Virus record (IMG/VR): IMGVR_UViG_3300026546_000001
Coordinates: 94,296 to 158,295 of that record
DNA length: 64,000 nt
Direction: 5' to 3' (one strand)
Source: a virus
Taxonomy: Duplodnaviria > Caudoviricetes
Shown here: piece after piece, positions 10,819 to 20,791 of the stretch
Layout of the letters: the number at the start of each line of letters is the position of its first letter
How positions within the stretch are numbered: position 1 is the stretch's first letter
Made by a program: the position numbers and the translations under genes
The notes under the pieces: model-generated
What the model was told of the DNA's origin: nothing
Database searches by the model: none
The model's input: the letters and a program-made list of their open reading frames with translations, nothing else

Positions 10819-11901
10819 TTACATTTCTTCTATTGAAAAATTTGGTTGTTCATTTCTAATTATTGGAACTACCACTTCTTCACAAAATTCTTTCATATCA
10901 TTAAAATTTACAATAGACATATTATCTTTAGTTGAATGACATAACTGTAATAATTTATAATTTAATTTACCATCTGGTAATCTTGGAAGCGGATTTATAA
11001 CAATACTATCTACACCATATTTTCTTAAAATTATACCATCATGAAATGGTGTAAATAATGTTTCTACACCTGGAAATAATCTTTCTATTCGTTGATATAA
11101 ATTAGATTGTTTATAATCTTCAATGAAGAAATTTTTACCACCAACTGCAGTAAGTTCAAAATTTAAAACAAAATCAATATTACCAAAATATCCTTCATTA
11201 ATTTTTTCAGCTGTTCGTTTTGCGCCAATACCACCAATTTCTTCACCATCTGTTAATACAACATTAATTTCAGGCATTAATGTTTTACATGCAATTGCAT
11301 TAATAACTGATGCAGAATTGTCATTACAATTTTCAGATGCGATATTCATAACATCATGATGTGCCATTATCATTTTATCAGAAGATCCCTTAATATAAAT
11401 ATTAAAAAATGTTCCAGTTGGTTGCTCGCTTAATTTATTCGTTTCTTTTTTAAATTTTATTAACATATTAAGAATACTTTTTTCACGTTTAGATGCATTT
11501 CTATTTTCAGCATTTCTTAACATATGTTTTAACATATTAATATCTAAATCAAACAAATCAAATGCGCGTTTTAATAATCTTTTTTCGTTTTCTTTAAATT
11601 GAGGCGGTATTCTATCATTTTTATCAATTTCTTCATCAACATTATCTTTAGAAAAACCTAAAAAATCACCTAATGTTTTTCTTACAACTCTTCTATCTGT
11701 CCACGTATCTAATTCATATTCAATATTTAATGAATTTAATAAATTCATAATAAATTGAACTCTTGGAGTTGGCTCATCTCCACCGCCACCAGCTTTTGCA
11801 TTATTTTTTGTTGCACAGAAATTTCGCAATATTTCATAATTAAAATTATTATGAATAGATTCTGTTAAATAATTATCGAATGTTTTAATTATTTTAGACA
11901 T
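10819..11901 (-). CDS. M28-family zinc peptidase
   Basis: Motifs in M28 order: AHHD, NDNSAS, TDGEEIGGIGA, LNFE, CHSTKD. Confidence 0.85.
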   Translation of the reverse strand: MSKIIKTFDNYLTESIHNNFNYEILRNFCATKNNAKAGGGGDEPTPRVQFIMNLLNSLNIEYELDTWTDRRVVRKTLGDFLGFSKDNVDEEIDKNDRIPPQFKENEKRLLKRAFDLFDLDINMLKHMLRNAENRNASKREKSILNMLIKFKKETNKLSEQPTGTFFNIYIKGSSDKMIMAHHDVMNIASENCNDNSASVINAIACKTLMPEINVVLTDGEEIGGIGAKRTAEKINEGYFGNIDFVLNFELTAVGGKNFFIEDYKQSNLYQRIERLFPGVETLFTPFHDGIILRKYGVDSIVINPLPRLPDGKLNYKLLQLCHSTKDNMSIVNFNDMKEFCEEVVVPIIRNEQPNFSIEEM

Positions 11902-11929
11902 AATTTATTTTTTTAATGTTTTGATATTA

Positions 11930-11937
11930 CAAATATA
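11930..11937 (-). promoter_or_regulatory. Bacteroidota-type sigma-A -7 box (TAnnTTTG)
   Basis: TATATTTG on the minus strand ~30 nt upstream of the M28 ATG; the same octamer occurs at 25628-25635 (-) and 27803-27810 (+). Confidence 0.65.
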
Positions 11938-11974
11938 ATAATATTTTATTAATTATAAAAATAATTAAATAAAA

Positions 11975-12117
11975 AAAGAAACTGGACAGCCGATAAGTCT
12001 CATGCCTTTTAAAACACTTTTGGGACCTTTCGTTGTGCGTCTATGTTATTCAAAATATTATAGAGGCGTGTTGTCCTTGAAGTTTGAGTTCCATCTTCAA
12101 GTTAGTCCAGTTTCTTT
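11975..12117 (-). ncRNA. Structured small RNA candidate, family unknown
   Basis: Intergenic GC-enriched island bounded by a perfect 13-bp inverted repeat (aaagaaactggac / gtccagtttcttt), with internal stems, an AATATATAA motif just upstream (12124-12132) and a U-run downstream. Confidence 0.7.
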
Positions 12118-12146
12118 ATTAAATTATATATTTATATGTTATTATA

Positions 12147-12404
12147 TCAAATTTCTTCTAATTCTAATTCTTTTTCTTTTACTAATTTTAATACTTCTTC
12201 TTTAGTTACTGCAAATCTTGATAACGCAAACCAACTCCATGGAAATAAATCACTATTATCAATTTCTTCCAATTGACAACCATAAATTCCTTGTTGTGTC
12301 ATATATGCTATTTTAATAATAGTATATTCTTGGCCTTTTTTAATCCATCTTGAAGTTGGAATTTCATTAGGTCTATTTTTGTCATCAATACATATTACTT
12401 TCAT
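12147..12404 (-). CDS. Small hypothetical protein (MKVICIDD...)
   Basis: ATG at 12404 overlaps the upstream nuclease stop as ATGA, suggesting translational coupling. Confidence 0.7.
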   Translation of the reverse strand: MKVICIDDKNRPNEIPTSRWIKKGQEYTIIKIAYMTQQGIYGCQLEEIDNSDLFPWSWFALSRFAVTKEEVLKLVKEKELELEEI

Positions 12405-14533
12405 AATATTAAATTCCATTTTAAATTACCTGAATTATATATTCTATAATATCCACGTTCTAACATTATTTCGTGTTCTGTTTTGTTTTTATCAAAACCT
12501 TCTTTTATAAGTTGATCTTTTCTATATTTGAACCTATTTTCACGTATTTCATTTACAACATAAAAATAACCTGGATCAGTTATTTTTTCTAATTTAAAAT
12601 CTAACTTTTCATATAAATTACTATAACCCCAATCTAAATCTTGATACGTAATAATTTTAGCTGGTTTATAATTATAAACAAAATATTTGAATAGTTTATT
12701 TAAACCACCAACTACATGATATTTTTCTACAAAACGATATAATTCATATTCATGTTCTTTAGATTTTTGATTCATTGACTTTCTTAAATTACCAAATCCA
12801 ATAACAGAAACTAATTCATCATTATAAAATAAACCTAATTTAATTTTAGTTACAATTGAACCTTGTAAATGATATGTATTTAAAAATTCCTTGTATTCTT
12901 TAAAGTTTAGTTCTTTAATTTTACATTTTCTAGCATATAAAACTTTTTCTTTATTAAATATTATTTTAAGTCTGTGTTTAATAATATTTTGTTTTAAATT
13001 CCAGTCATCTTCCCATATTTGTATTAATCGAACTCCTTTTTCATATGCTAAATTCAATTTATTTTGATGATAAAATTTATCCTTGAATAATTCACTATGC
13101 CAATATATTCCATTCACTTCAATTGCTATATTATATCTTGGAATATAAATGTCTAGTTCTAAAGGTGAAATTATACTTCTATCATTTTTAATATATTTAA
13201 TATTTAGTTCATCTAAAAATTCACAAATTTTATTATGAAAACTAGAATACGAATTTATTGGATTACAATTAGTACATAATTCAATATTAAATTTGTTTCG
13301 TTGATAAGCAAAATAAGAATTCAAAGTGTATTTTTTATTACATTTATTACATTTAAAAGTTATTTCATGATTATCGTAATCTAAATTAACAATATTATAT
13401 TTTTTAAAACGACTTAATTGTTTGTTTTCCCATTCAATTTTTTGTTTTTCTTTATATTCATTTGATTGATTATAATGTTCAATACCATAACGTTCTAAAT
13501 TAGTTTGTCTAATTTTATTTTGTATTTCTTTAGATTGTAATGGATACTCAACGCCATATCTATCTAAATTAGTTCGCTTTATTTTATCTTGTATTTCTTT
13601 AGATTGATATACATTTTCAACTCCATAACGTTCTAAATTAGTTTGTTTAATTTTATCTTGAAATTCTTTAAGTTGTAACGGATGTTCAACTCCATAACGT
13701 TCTAAATTAGTTTGTTTAATTTTCTTTTTTATTAATTCTGATTGATATACATTTTCAACACCATAACGTTCTAAATTAGTTTGCTTGTTTTTTTCTTGTA
13801 TTTCTTTAGATTGTAATGGATGTTCAACTTCATAACGTTCTAAATTAGTTTGTCTAATTTTATCTTTTATATTTGGATTTAATAATGGATGTGAATAACC
13901 AGTATTTTTTTTGTACGTGTTGAATGTTTTTTGGTGTATATCTTTATTTTTCCATGGATGTTCAGTTCCATGTCTTTCTAAACTTGTCTTTTTATATGTT
14001 TTTTTATATTGATCTATATTTTTTTTAAATGATTTAACACGTTTTTCTAATAAAATTTTACTTTTTGCTGGATTATCAACACCATAATGTTTTATCAATG
14101 TTTGTTTACGTTTTTCCTTAATTTTTTCTTTTTCATCATTTGGTTTATTATTAATTGTTTGGCGCTGTTTATTTTTTATTTCATCTAATTTTTGTGGTAT
14201 TTCAACACCATATCGTTTTAAACTAGTTTGTTTACGTTTTTCCTTAGTATATTTTGAACTACTTTGACATTTATTTGAACAAAATGATAAATATCCTAAT
14301 GTTCTATTTTGAAATTTGACAATATTATTACAATTTTCATTTTTACATATTGGAACACTTGTGACATTATTAATCGTATGCCATACTTTTTGACTAAATT
14401 TTAAATCTTGTAAATTATAAGTGTTACAAAATTCTATAATACTTTGATATATTTCAGGATAATGTTTTTTTAAATATTTTTCTTTTGATAACATACCAGA
14501 TGGATCTGGTTTATTAAATATTGAATAATCCAT
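12401..14533 (-). CDS. Repeat-array nuclease #1 (Hef-like free-standing homing endonuclease: 23-aa repeats, Zn ribbon, Vsr/PD-(D/E)XK, GNAT-like)
   Basis: About 10 KQTNLERYGVE repeats, CxxC pairs, ELDIYIP...IEVNGIYWHS...IQIWEDDW, then YARKC...HLQG...ELYRF...ITYQDLDWG. Directly downstream of the sheath gene. Confidence 0.8.
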   Translation of the reverse strand: MDYSIFNKPDPSGMLSKEKYLKKHYPEIYQSIIEFCNTYNLQDLKFSQKVWHTINNVTSVPICKNENCNNIVKFQNRTLGYLSFCSNKCQSSSKYTKEKRKQTSLKRYGVEIPQKLDEIKNKQRQTINNKPNDEKEKIKEKRKQTLIKHYGVDNPAKSKILLEKRVKSFKKNIDQYKKTYKKTSLERHGTEHPWKNKDIHQKTFNTYKKNTGYSHPLLNPNIKDKIRQTNLERYEVEHPLQSKEIQEKNKQTNLERYGVENVYQSELIKKKIKQTNLERYGVEHPLQLKEFQDKIKQTNLERYGVENVYQSKEIQDKIKRTNLDRYGVEYPLQSKEIQNKIRQTNLERYGIEHYNQSNEYKEKQKIEWENKQLSRFKKYNIVNLDYDNHEITFKCNKCNKKYTLNSYFAYQRNKFNIELCTNCNPINSYSSFHNKICEFLDELNIKYIKNDRSIISPLELDIYIPRYNIAIEVNGIYWHSELFKDKFYHQNKLNLAYEKGVRLIQIWEDDWNLKQNIIKHRLKIIFNKEKVLYARKCKIKELNFKEYKEFLNTYHLQGSIVTKIKLGLFYNDELVSVIGFGNLRKSMNQKSKEHEYELYRFVEKYHVVGGLNKLFKYFVYNYKPAKIITYQDLDWGYSNLYEKLDFKLEKITDPGYFYVVNEIRENRFKYRKDQLIKEGFDKNKTEHEIMLERGYYRIYNSGNLKWNLIL

Positions 14534-14566
14534 AAAATATGTTTTAAAGTATTTGTTAAATTTAAC

Positions 14567-14604
14567 AAAAAAAGTCGAAAAGTTTTAACTTTTCGACTTT
14601 TTTT
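14567..14604 (-). terminator. Intrinsic terminator after the tail sheath gene
   Basis: aaaaaaagtcgaaaagtt-tt-aacttttcgacttttttt perfect hairpin. Confidence 0.9.
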
Positions 14605-14621
14605 AACATTTTATTTTTCTT

Positions 14622-17600
14622 TTATTGTTGTAATGTAAAACCACCACTTTGAATTGTACCTGTTCTAAGAATTGTTATGTTATTCACTATTATTCCCATT
14701 CCTTTAATAGGTTCAACATACGTGTCAATAACACCAATTCCAGCATCAATTACATCAGGCGTATTATTTGTTTCATCCATTACGTTTAAATAATCATATA
14801 AACCATCTTGTGCAACAAATCTAGCACAAATCGCATCTGCTCGTTGTTTTATTTCTGATCTAACTTCAGCAGTGTTAAATCTCCATTGGTATGTTAATAA
14901 CATGTTATACATTTCATTTTCAAGTTCAATTAATACTTCACGAACATGAATATTAGATAATGCTGATTTAGGAACTATTGACGCTGTATTATTAGTTTCA
15001 ATATTATAACCTCTATTAAGTTTAAATGTGATTGGATTAGCTCCCATTTCATTTAATTCTGAAATATCATCTCCATCAATATCAACTTCAGTCGCACCAA
15101 ATCCAGTTACTAAACCATTTGTAACACCTGCTGCAATAGTCCATGGATAAACGTCTCCTCTACGAGAATTATGTTTATTCATAAATGTATTTGCAACAAA
15201 CATTGCTGGTGGAACATTTAATGTTCTTCCATTATCATAAATACTTACATATGGGAAGAAATAAGCAACATTACTTTGTCCTTGACCTTGTCCAAATGTA
15301 TATCTAAATGCTGGATTAGATTGTGGATTTCCACCAAGTTTAATGTATTCATAATTTAATGTTCCATCATTATTAATAAATGTTGGATTTGTTGAATGTT
15401 TAAACGCTTTAGCAGATGGCATATTTAATAATCCAAGTGCATTTAATCTAGCACCGCATAAATCAACCATTTGTTGTTTACTATTATTAGTTAAGCCCAA
15501 TCCCCATGAATCAATTAAATATCTCCATGAAATTTGATTTCTATTAGTTAATCCTTTAAATAATGGTGTACCAGGCGCAAATAAATTTAATATTTCATTT
15601 TGACGTTTTTCAGTTCCATCAGGCATACTATCAAGTCTCATTGTAAATCCATCAAATACTAATGCTTGTAATGTATTTACATAATTATCTACAGAATTTC
15701 TACGAACAACTTGAATGTCAATATTTGTACTAGGATCTGCATCAAAATATGCTACAGCTGCATCAGTGCTTATTACGGCTAAACTAGGATCAGCTTCCCA
15801 TATTTGTCTACTATTAATTCGTGTTAATTTTTTAGGTACATATCCAATTGGTAAATCATTAGGAATTGCTGCTTCTAGAAAATCGCCAACCACTATTTCT
15901 CCATATCTATTTGCATCAATTAAAAATTGATTTTGTTCAAGAACTGCTTCTATTTCAACAGTTTGTGCAAAATTAGATCTATCAGAAAATACCCATATTG
16001 TTTTATTATTTTCAGGATCAATTCTTTGTTCACCTGCTGTTTCTAAATCAGGACTATTTACAAAATCAACATATAATTCACTTTGAATACTATACATTTT
16101 TAAGTATACATATTGATCAGGATTACCATCAAATATATGTACTAATTTATTATATTGAACATATTCATTTACTGCTTCATTAACAATGAATGTTGCTTTA
16201 TAATCATACGTTACACCTAATTTAGTATATTGTCCCATTTCATACGCTACACTTAATAGTGTATATGTTCCTGTATTATTATCAACATCTTGAACATAAA
16301 TTTTATCTCCACCTTGAGCGTCTAATTCAGGAATATTTGATAATGGTCCACTATATTCTCCATCAGGTGCACCATCTCTTGTATACATTACAATAATTGA
16401 TTGTCCTAAATCATCTTTAGTAAATTCTATTGCATTAATACCTGAACCATTTGGTATAATATTTTGTAAAAAATAATCACCAGATTTAATTATTCCATCA
16501 TAATAATGTTGATAAAATGTTGATGATTTACTTACAATTCCATAATCAGGAACATTTTCAACAGCTCTCATTCCTATTTCACCAAGTGTAAATGCATCAT
16601 TTGCATAATATAATTCAAAATTGTCTGCAATAACATTTGTAGTAGGAACAGTGATTTTTATATCTTTATTTAGATTATTATCTGTTGTATAACTTACATC
16701 AATTATTTCAGCTAATGTTCCATCTAATAATTTTACAACTGTTTTTCCAACTGCTACATTAGATCGTATATCATTAAACATTTTTAATGCTCTAAATTTA
16801 GTGTAATTATTATCAGCATCAGATACGCGTGTATTATTAAATGTTACTAAAACTTCATAACTAGATATGTAATCAACTAATATATCAACTTCTTCAGATC
16901 CAGCAGTACCATGATCTCCACTAGATACAATTTTCCATGTTAAATTATCTAAAAATTCAATATCATTAACATCTGTTACACCTAAGTATAATTCATCTGT
17001 TGCAGTTGATTGTGTTCTTTGTGTTCCAACTTTAACAATTGCTATTGGATATAATACATCAGAAATTGATAATGTAGGTACAACTTCCCATTCAGTCCAA
17101 TCACTAACTTCTACACCTGTCATTACGCCAAGTTGTCCTTTTGAATCAATATAAATAGTATCCTTTCTTATTCTATTTTCAGATACATCAGGTATTCCAA
17201 TTTCTTGGCCAGACGCAATGTGTAGATCTGATCCATTTAAAACTATTCTTGCTTCATTAGTTAATGTTATTAAACTAACTTTATTTTGTGCTGGATCACT
17301 TGATGGTAAAACATCAAATATTGGACTTACAATCCAAGTTGTTTCAAAAAATCCATTATGTTGAACTTCATTATTATATTCTATTGTTGTATTAAATGCT
17401 AATGTATTACCAGGACTAACTAATGCTTTTTGTTCAAACGAAACAGTTTCGGTTATAACTTCATTATATGACATAAAATTAATATGATCAGTTTCATTTC
17501 CAACTAATGTATGTCCAATTAAATCAATTAAACCGTTTGGATTATCAGTTTCTAATGCATCTACATCATATGTTACAAATAATCCTGTATAATCTGTATC

Positions 17601-18443
17601 ATTATTAATTACAGTTTCAACATAATAATCAGTGCCATTTTGATCTCTAAAATATGGTATAAGAGATACAGTATAATTTTTCAATGTGTTTACAGATGGA
17701 TCATTGACAAAATTATTAAGTTGATCTTTAATTAAACCTTTAGAATTAAAATATCTACTCCATTTAGGATCTACTGATAATGATTTATAATCATTCCAAT
17801 ATCCACTTACCACAACAACATCAATCATATAATCACTAATAAGATCATCAAAATACATCCACGATGGAACTTTATCTCTTCCACCATACCAGTCTTCTGC
17901 TTTAATATCAAAACCAGATATATCAGATTTATAAATAAAAACACTTATTGGTTTATCTGACATATTTGTAAAACTAAGAATCTTAGTTTTTTCTGTTGGT
18001 TGTGTTTTATCAACATTAAATTGAAATGCTTCTGTGTCTCTTAACCAAAATTCATTTTTATCAAAAAAACTTGAATAAGGATCAGAAAAAATTGATGAAT
18101 TTTCAACAGAAGAAGATAATGAAACCGATTGCCATTGTAATAAATCAAGTTCATCATCAGTTTTTAATAAATTTAATGCCCATATAGGTGATTGATTTAT
18201 AACTTGTTGTATTGTTCTATGAAAATAATTACCCTTTTTTTCCAATGTTCTATCTATATCACCAAATATAGATACAAATTCTTGATATGAATTTACAAGT
18301 ACAGGTCTGTTTATAGGTCCTTTCTTACTAAATCCAATAACCAAGTTTATAAGAGTGTCTTGTACTGGAGTTATTTGTGTTGTTTTGTTTATTTCTTGAA
18401 TATAAATTCCAGGACGTCTAAATTTAGATATTTGAATTGCCAT
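14622..18443 (-). CDS. Contractile tail sheath protein (T4 gp18-like), expanded
   Basis: N-terminal RPGIYIQEI...GFSKKGPINRPVLV and C-terminal YFFPY...VPPA...PWTIAAG...SNIHVREVLI...DETNNTPDVID...YVEPIKG. Confidence 0.95.
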   Translation of the reverse strand: MAIQISKFRRPGIYIQEINKTTQITPVQDTLINLVIGFSKKGPINRPVLVNSYQEFVSIFGDIDRTLEKKGNYFHRTIQQVINQSPIWALNLLKTDDELDLLQWQSVSLSSSVENSSIFSDPYSSFFDKNEFWLRDTEAFQFNVDKTQPTEKTKILSFTNMSDKPISVFIYKSDISGFDIKAEDWYGGRDKVPSWMYFDDLISDYMIDVVVVSGYWNDYKSLSVDPKWSRYFNSKGLIKDQLNNFVNDPSVNTLKNYTVSLIPYFRDQNGTDYYVETVINNDTDYTGLFVTYDVDALETDNPNGLIDLIGHTLVGNETDHINFMSYNEVITETVSFEQKALVSPGNTLAFNTTIEYNNEVQHNGFFETTWIVSPIFDVLPSSDPAQNKVSLITLTNEARIVLNGSDLHIASGQEIGIPDVSENRIRKDTIYIDSKGQLGVMTGVEVSDWTEWEVVPTLSISDVLYPIAIVKVGTQRTQSTATDELYLGVTDVNDIEFLDNLTWKIVSSGDHGTAGSEEVDILVDYISSYEVLVTFNNTRVSDADNNYTKFRALKMFNDIRSNVAVGKTVVKLLDGTLAEIIDVSYTTDNNLNKDIKITVPTTNVIADNFELYYANDAFTLGEIGMRAVENVPDYGIVSKSSTFYQHYYDGIIKSGDYFLQNIIPNGSGINAIEFTKDDLGQSIIVMYTRDGAPDGEYSGPLSNIPELDAQGGDKIYVQDVDNNTGTYTLLSVAYEMGQYTKLGVTYDYKATFIVNEAVNEYVQYNKLVHIFDGNPDQYVYLKMYSIQSELYVDFVNSPDLETAGEQRIDPENNKTIWVFSDRSNFAQTVEIEAVLEQNQFLIDANRYGEIVVGDFLEAAIPNDLPIGYVPKKLTRINSRQIWEADPSLAVISTDAAVAYFDADPSTNIDIQVVRRNSVDNYVNTLQALVFDGFTMRLDSMPDGTEKRQNEILNLFAPGTPLFKGLTNRNQISWRYLIDSWGLGLTNNSKQQMVDLCGARLNALGLLNMPSAKAFKHSTNPTFINNDGTLNYEYIKLGGNPQSNPAFRYTFGQGQGQSNVAYFFPYVSIYDNGRTLNVPPAMFVANTFMNKHNSRRGDVYPWTIAAGVTNGLVTGFGATEVDIDGDDISELNEMGANPITFKLNRGYNIETNNTASIVPKSALSNIHVREVLIELENEMYNMLLTYQWRFNTAEVRSEIKQRADAICARFVAQDGLYDYLNVMDETNNTPDVIDAGIGVIDTYVEPIKGMGIIVNNITILRTGTIQSGGFTLQQ

Positions 18444-18509
18444 CTGTAATTAATTAATTTTATTATATATATTTATTTTTTTAAAGATTTTTGTACATAT
18501 TTATATAGT

Positions 18510-20738
18510 TTATATTATTTTATGAATTTTACTAAAATATGTATTAAATAAATCTTTTCCGCTTTCTGTTTTTGTTAAAATTTTATATATTGAATGCTTT
18601 AATAATATATTATGAATTGTAGCATTATATGTATAAGTTGTTTTAACTGTATTAGATAAATAAGCATCTGTTAATTTTTCATACATAAATGCATTAACTT
18701 CTTCAGGTCTATTTATATTTTCTGAATAACGCGTTCCAATTAATTTAGTCAATCTATTTTTACAATATTCTAATATATTTTTAACTAAATTTATATATTT
18801 TAATTCATTTTCATTTGAAATCTCATCACTAAACGCTATATCAGTTATAAATTGTACTTCCTTATCCCAATTATTATCTTTTATTAATTTTAATCCATAA
18901 TCTTTTCGATACAAATAAATTAAATCTGCAGTAGCTTTAAACATAATTGGTAAAGATACAGTATGTTCTATATTTAAATATCGTATATATATTAAATTGT
19001 TTTTATTAGAATTATAATATACATTTAATAATTCAGTTTTAAAATTATTTACTGATGATATTGCAACATTTGCATCATATGAACCTGGTATTTCTTTTAT
19101 AAATAAACCATCACCATATGACTGTATTATGTAATTTTCAAGTTCTTTATTATTTAATAAATTTTTATTTTTAAGATCTAATATTATAAAAATTAAACGT
19201 TTTGGTAATAACATATTTACCATATTTCTACTTTTAATTACATCATATTTTGGAGATGTGAAAAATTCTTTTGCTATATTTAATATTTCAGGCGTCGTAT
19301 GTTCTTGTATTAATAAAATTGGTAACATTAATAAAAAATTATCAATTGATTTAGAACTAAATTCATAAATTTCATTAACTAATTCATTATTTCTTAATAT
19401 AACAGTGTAATTACCTCGTACTATTTTATTATAAACATTTAATATATTTTTAATGAAATTATTAACAATTATATCATTTTTATTTTCAATTGCTTTAACA
19501 TATGATGTTTTTTCATTTATATTATTAATATTTAAAAAAATTAATATTTTATTTAATGTTATATTATTAACATCAAATGCTGAAATTTTTAAATTAAAAA
19601 TACTACGAACTAAAATATCTATACTAGATATTTCAAAATTATGTTTTACTAATGTTGCAACGTTTTCATTTGCATCATTAAATGCGTCAATTTCAACTTT
19701 TTCAATACTAGAATCTAATATTTTATTTAATGATATATTATTACTTTGTGGATATGTTGTAACGCCAAATCTATAAATTGGATCAGTTATTAAATTATTA
19801 GGACTAACGTAAGGTTTTAATGTTGAAGTGTAATGTGGATTAGTCCAATTTATTGGTACTATAGCATCGTATGGAGATATTAATTTATCTTTAGGTATTT
19901 CTTTTTCGTTAGGATTTTCTTCTCTTAATTGTTTAATTTTGTTTAACACATCTTCTTTAGATAATCCATCAAAATTAAATTCAGTATGTTTAAAAACTGG
20001 ATCAATTCTTTTTGATGCTCGTCGTTTTATTTCATTGAAAATATCTTTTTTAATAAAAATGTATTGTATATTATCATCATCACCTAAATGTTTTTCAAAA
20101 TAATTAAAAGATTTTATACACCAAATTGGTGAAATCCAATGTAATATTGCATTCATGTCAGGTACCCATAGATCTTTATCTTTATCATATTTTGCAGCTA
20201 TAATTATATTATATCCAAGAGTATTTAATATTTTTCTTAATTTTTGTAATAATTTTTTTTTCTCTTCAATTGATATATTATAAAACATGTCATTTTTTTG
20301 TTTTGAAAATGTTACATATTCAATAATATTATCATTTAAAATATCAATACCAGGTATTTCATTAACATATGGTAATGATGTAATAGTTAATAATGATTTT
20401 AAATAATCTATAGGTTTACGATTAATATTTTTATCAATATTAACTATTATATTTTGTCTTTTTAATATTGATAAATAATTTAATATTGGTAATACATAAT
20501 CATTAATATATTCTTCAACATTTTGAAATTTGTCTATTTCATCATAATAATGCTTAATAAAATAATATGCATAATTTACATTTTTACCTAATGAATTTAT
20601 TATTTTTTGATAATCAGAATTTGGATCAGTTCTATTAAAATTGCTAGGTAATTTACCTTGTTTTTTTAAATTTTCAATATATGTTTTAGCTGCACTTATA
20701 TTTTCATTTACAGATTTTAAAAACATTTCATTTTTCAC
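18510..20738 (-). CDS. Hypothetical WCI-motif protein, paralogue of 33223..35046
   Basis: Shares W..P.WCIK..NYF...IQYIFI, RFG.TT.P and AFND.N with 33223..35046; late motif at 20763-20771. Confidence 0.75.
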   Translation of the reverse strand: MKNEMFLKSVNENISAAKTYIENLKKQGKLPSNFNRTDPNSDYQKIINSLGKNVNYAYYFIKHYYDEIDKFQNVEEYINDYVLPILNYLSILKRQNIIVNIDKNINRKPIDYLKSLLTITSLPYVNEIPGIDILNDNIIEYVTFSKQKNDMFYNISIEEKKKLLQKLRKILNTLGYNIIIAAKYDKDKDLWVPDMNAILHWISPIWCIKSFNYFEKHLGDDDNIQYIFIKKDIFNEIKRRASKRIDPVFKHTEFNFDGLSKEDVLNKIKQLREENPNEKEIPKDKLISPYDAIVPINWTNPHYTSTLKPYVSPNNLITDPIYRFGVTTYPQSNNISLNKILDSSIEKVEIDAFNDANENVATLVKHNFEISSIDILVRSIFNLKISAFDVNNITLNKILIFLNINNINEKTSYVKAIENKNDIIVNNFIKNILNVYNKIVRGNYTVILRNNELVNEIYEFSSKSIDNFLLMLPILLIQEHTTPEILNIAKEFFTSPKYDVIKSRNMVNMLLPKRLIFIILDLKNKNLLNNKELENYIIQSYGDGLFIKEIPGSYDANVAISSVNNFKTELLNVYYNSNKNNLIYIRYLNIEHTVSLPIMFKATADLIYLYRKDYGLKLIKDNNWDKEVQFITDIAFSDEISNENELKYINLVKNILEYCKNRLTKLIGTRYSENINRPEEVNAFMYEKLTDAYLSNTVKTTYTYNATIHNILLKHSIYKILTKTESGKDLFNTYFSKIHKII

Positions 20739-20791
20739 TATTAGTAATAAATTAAATTTTAATTATATATTAAACTATTTTAATATTAATA

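Noticed and set aside
11975-12117. RNase P RNA, tRNA or hammerhead identity for the structured island
   Set aside because: The 3' end (CUUAUCGG...CAGUUUC) recalls RNase P, but the element is too short and lacks GAGGAAAGUCC. There is no cloverleaf, T-loop or CUGAnGA core.
12002-12205. 67-aa plus-strand ORF
   Set aside because: It overlaps the structured RNA and the antisense of a real gene, and ends in a low-complexity Leu/Ile tail.
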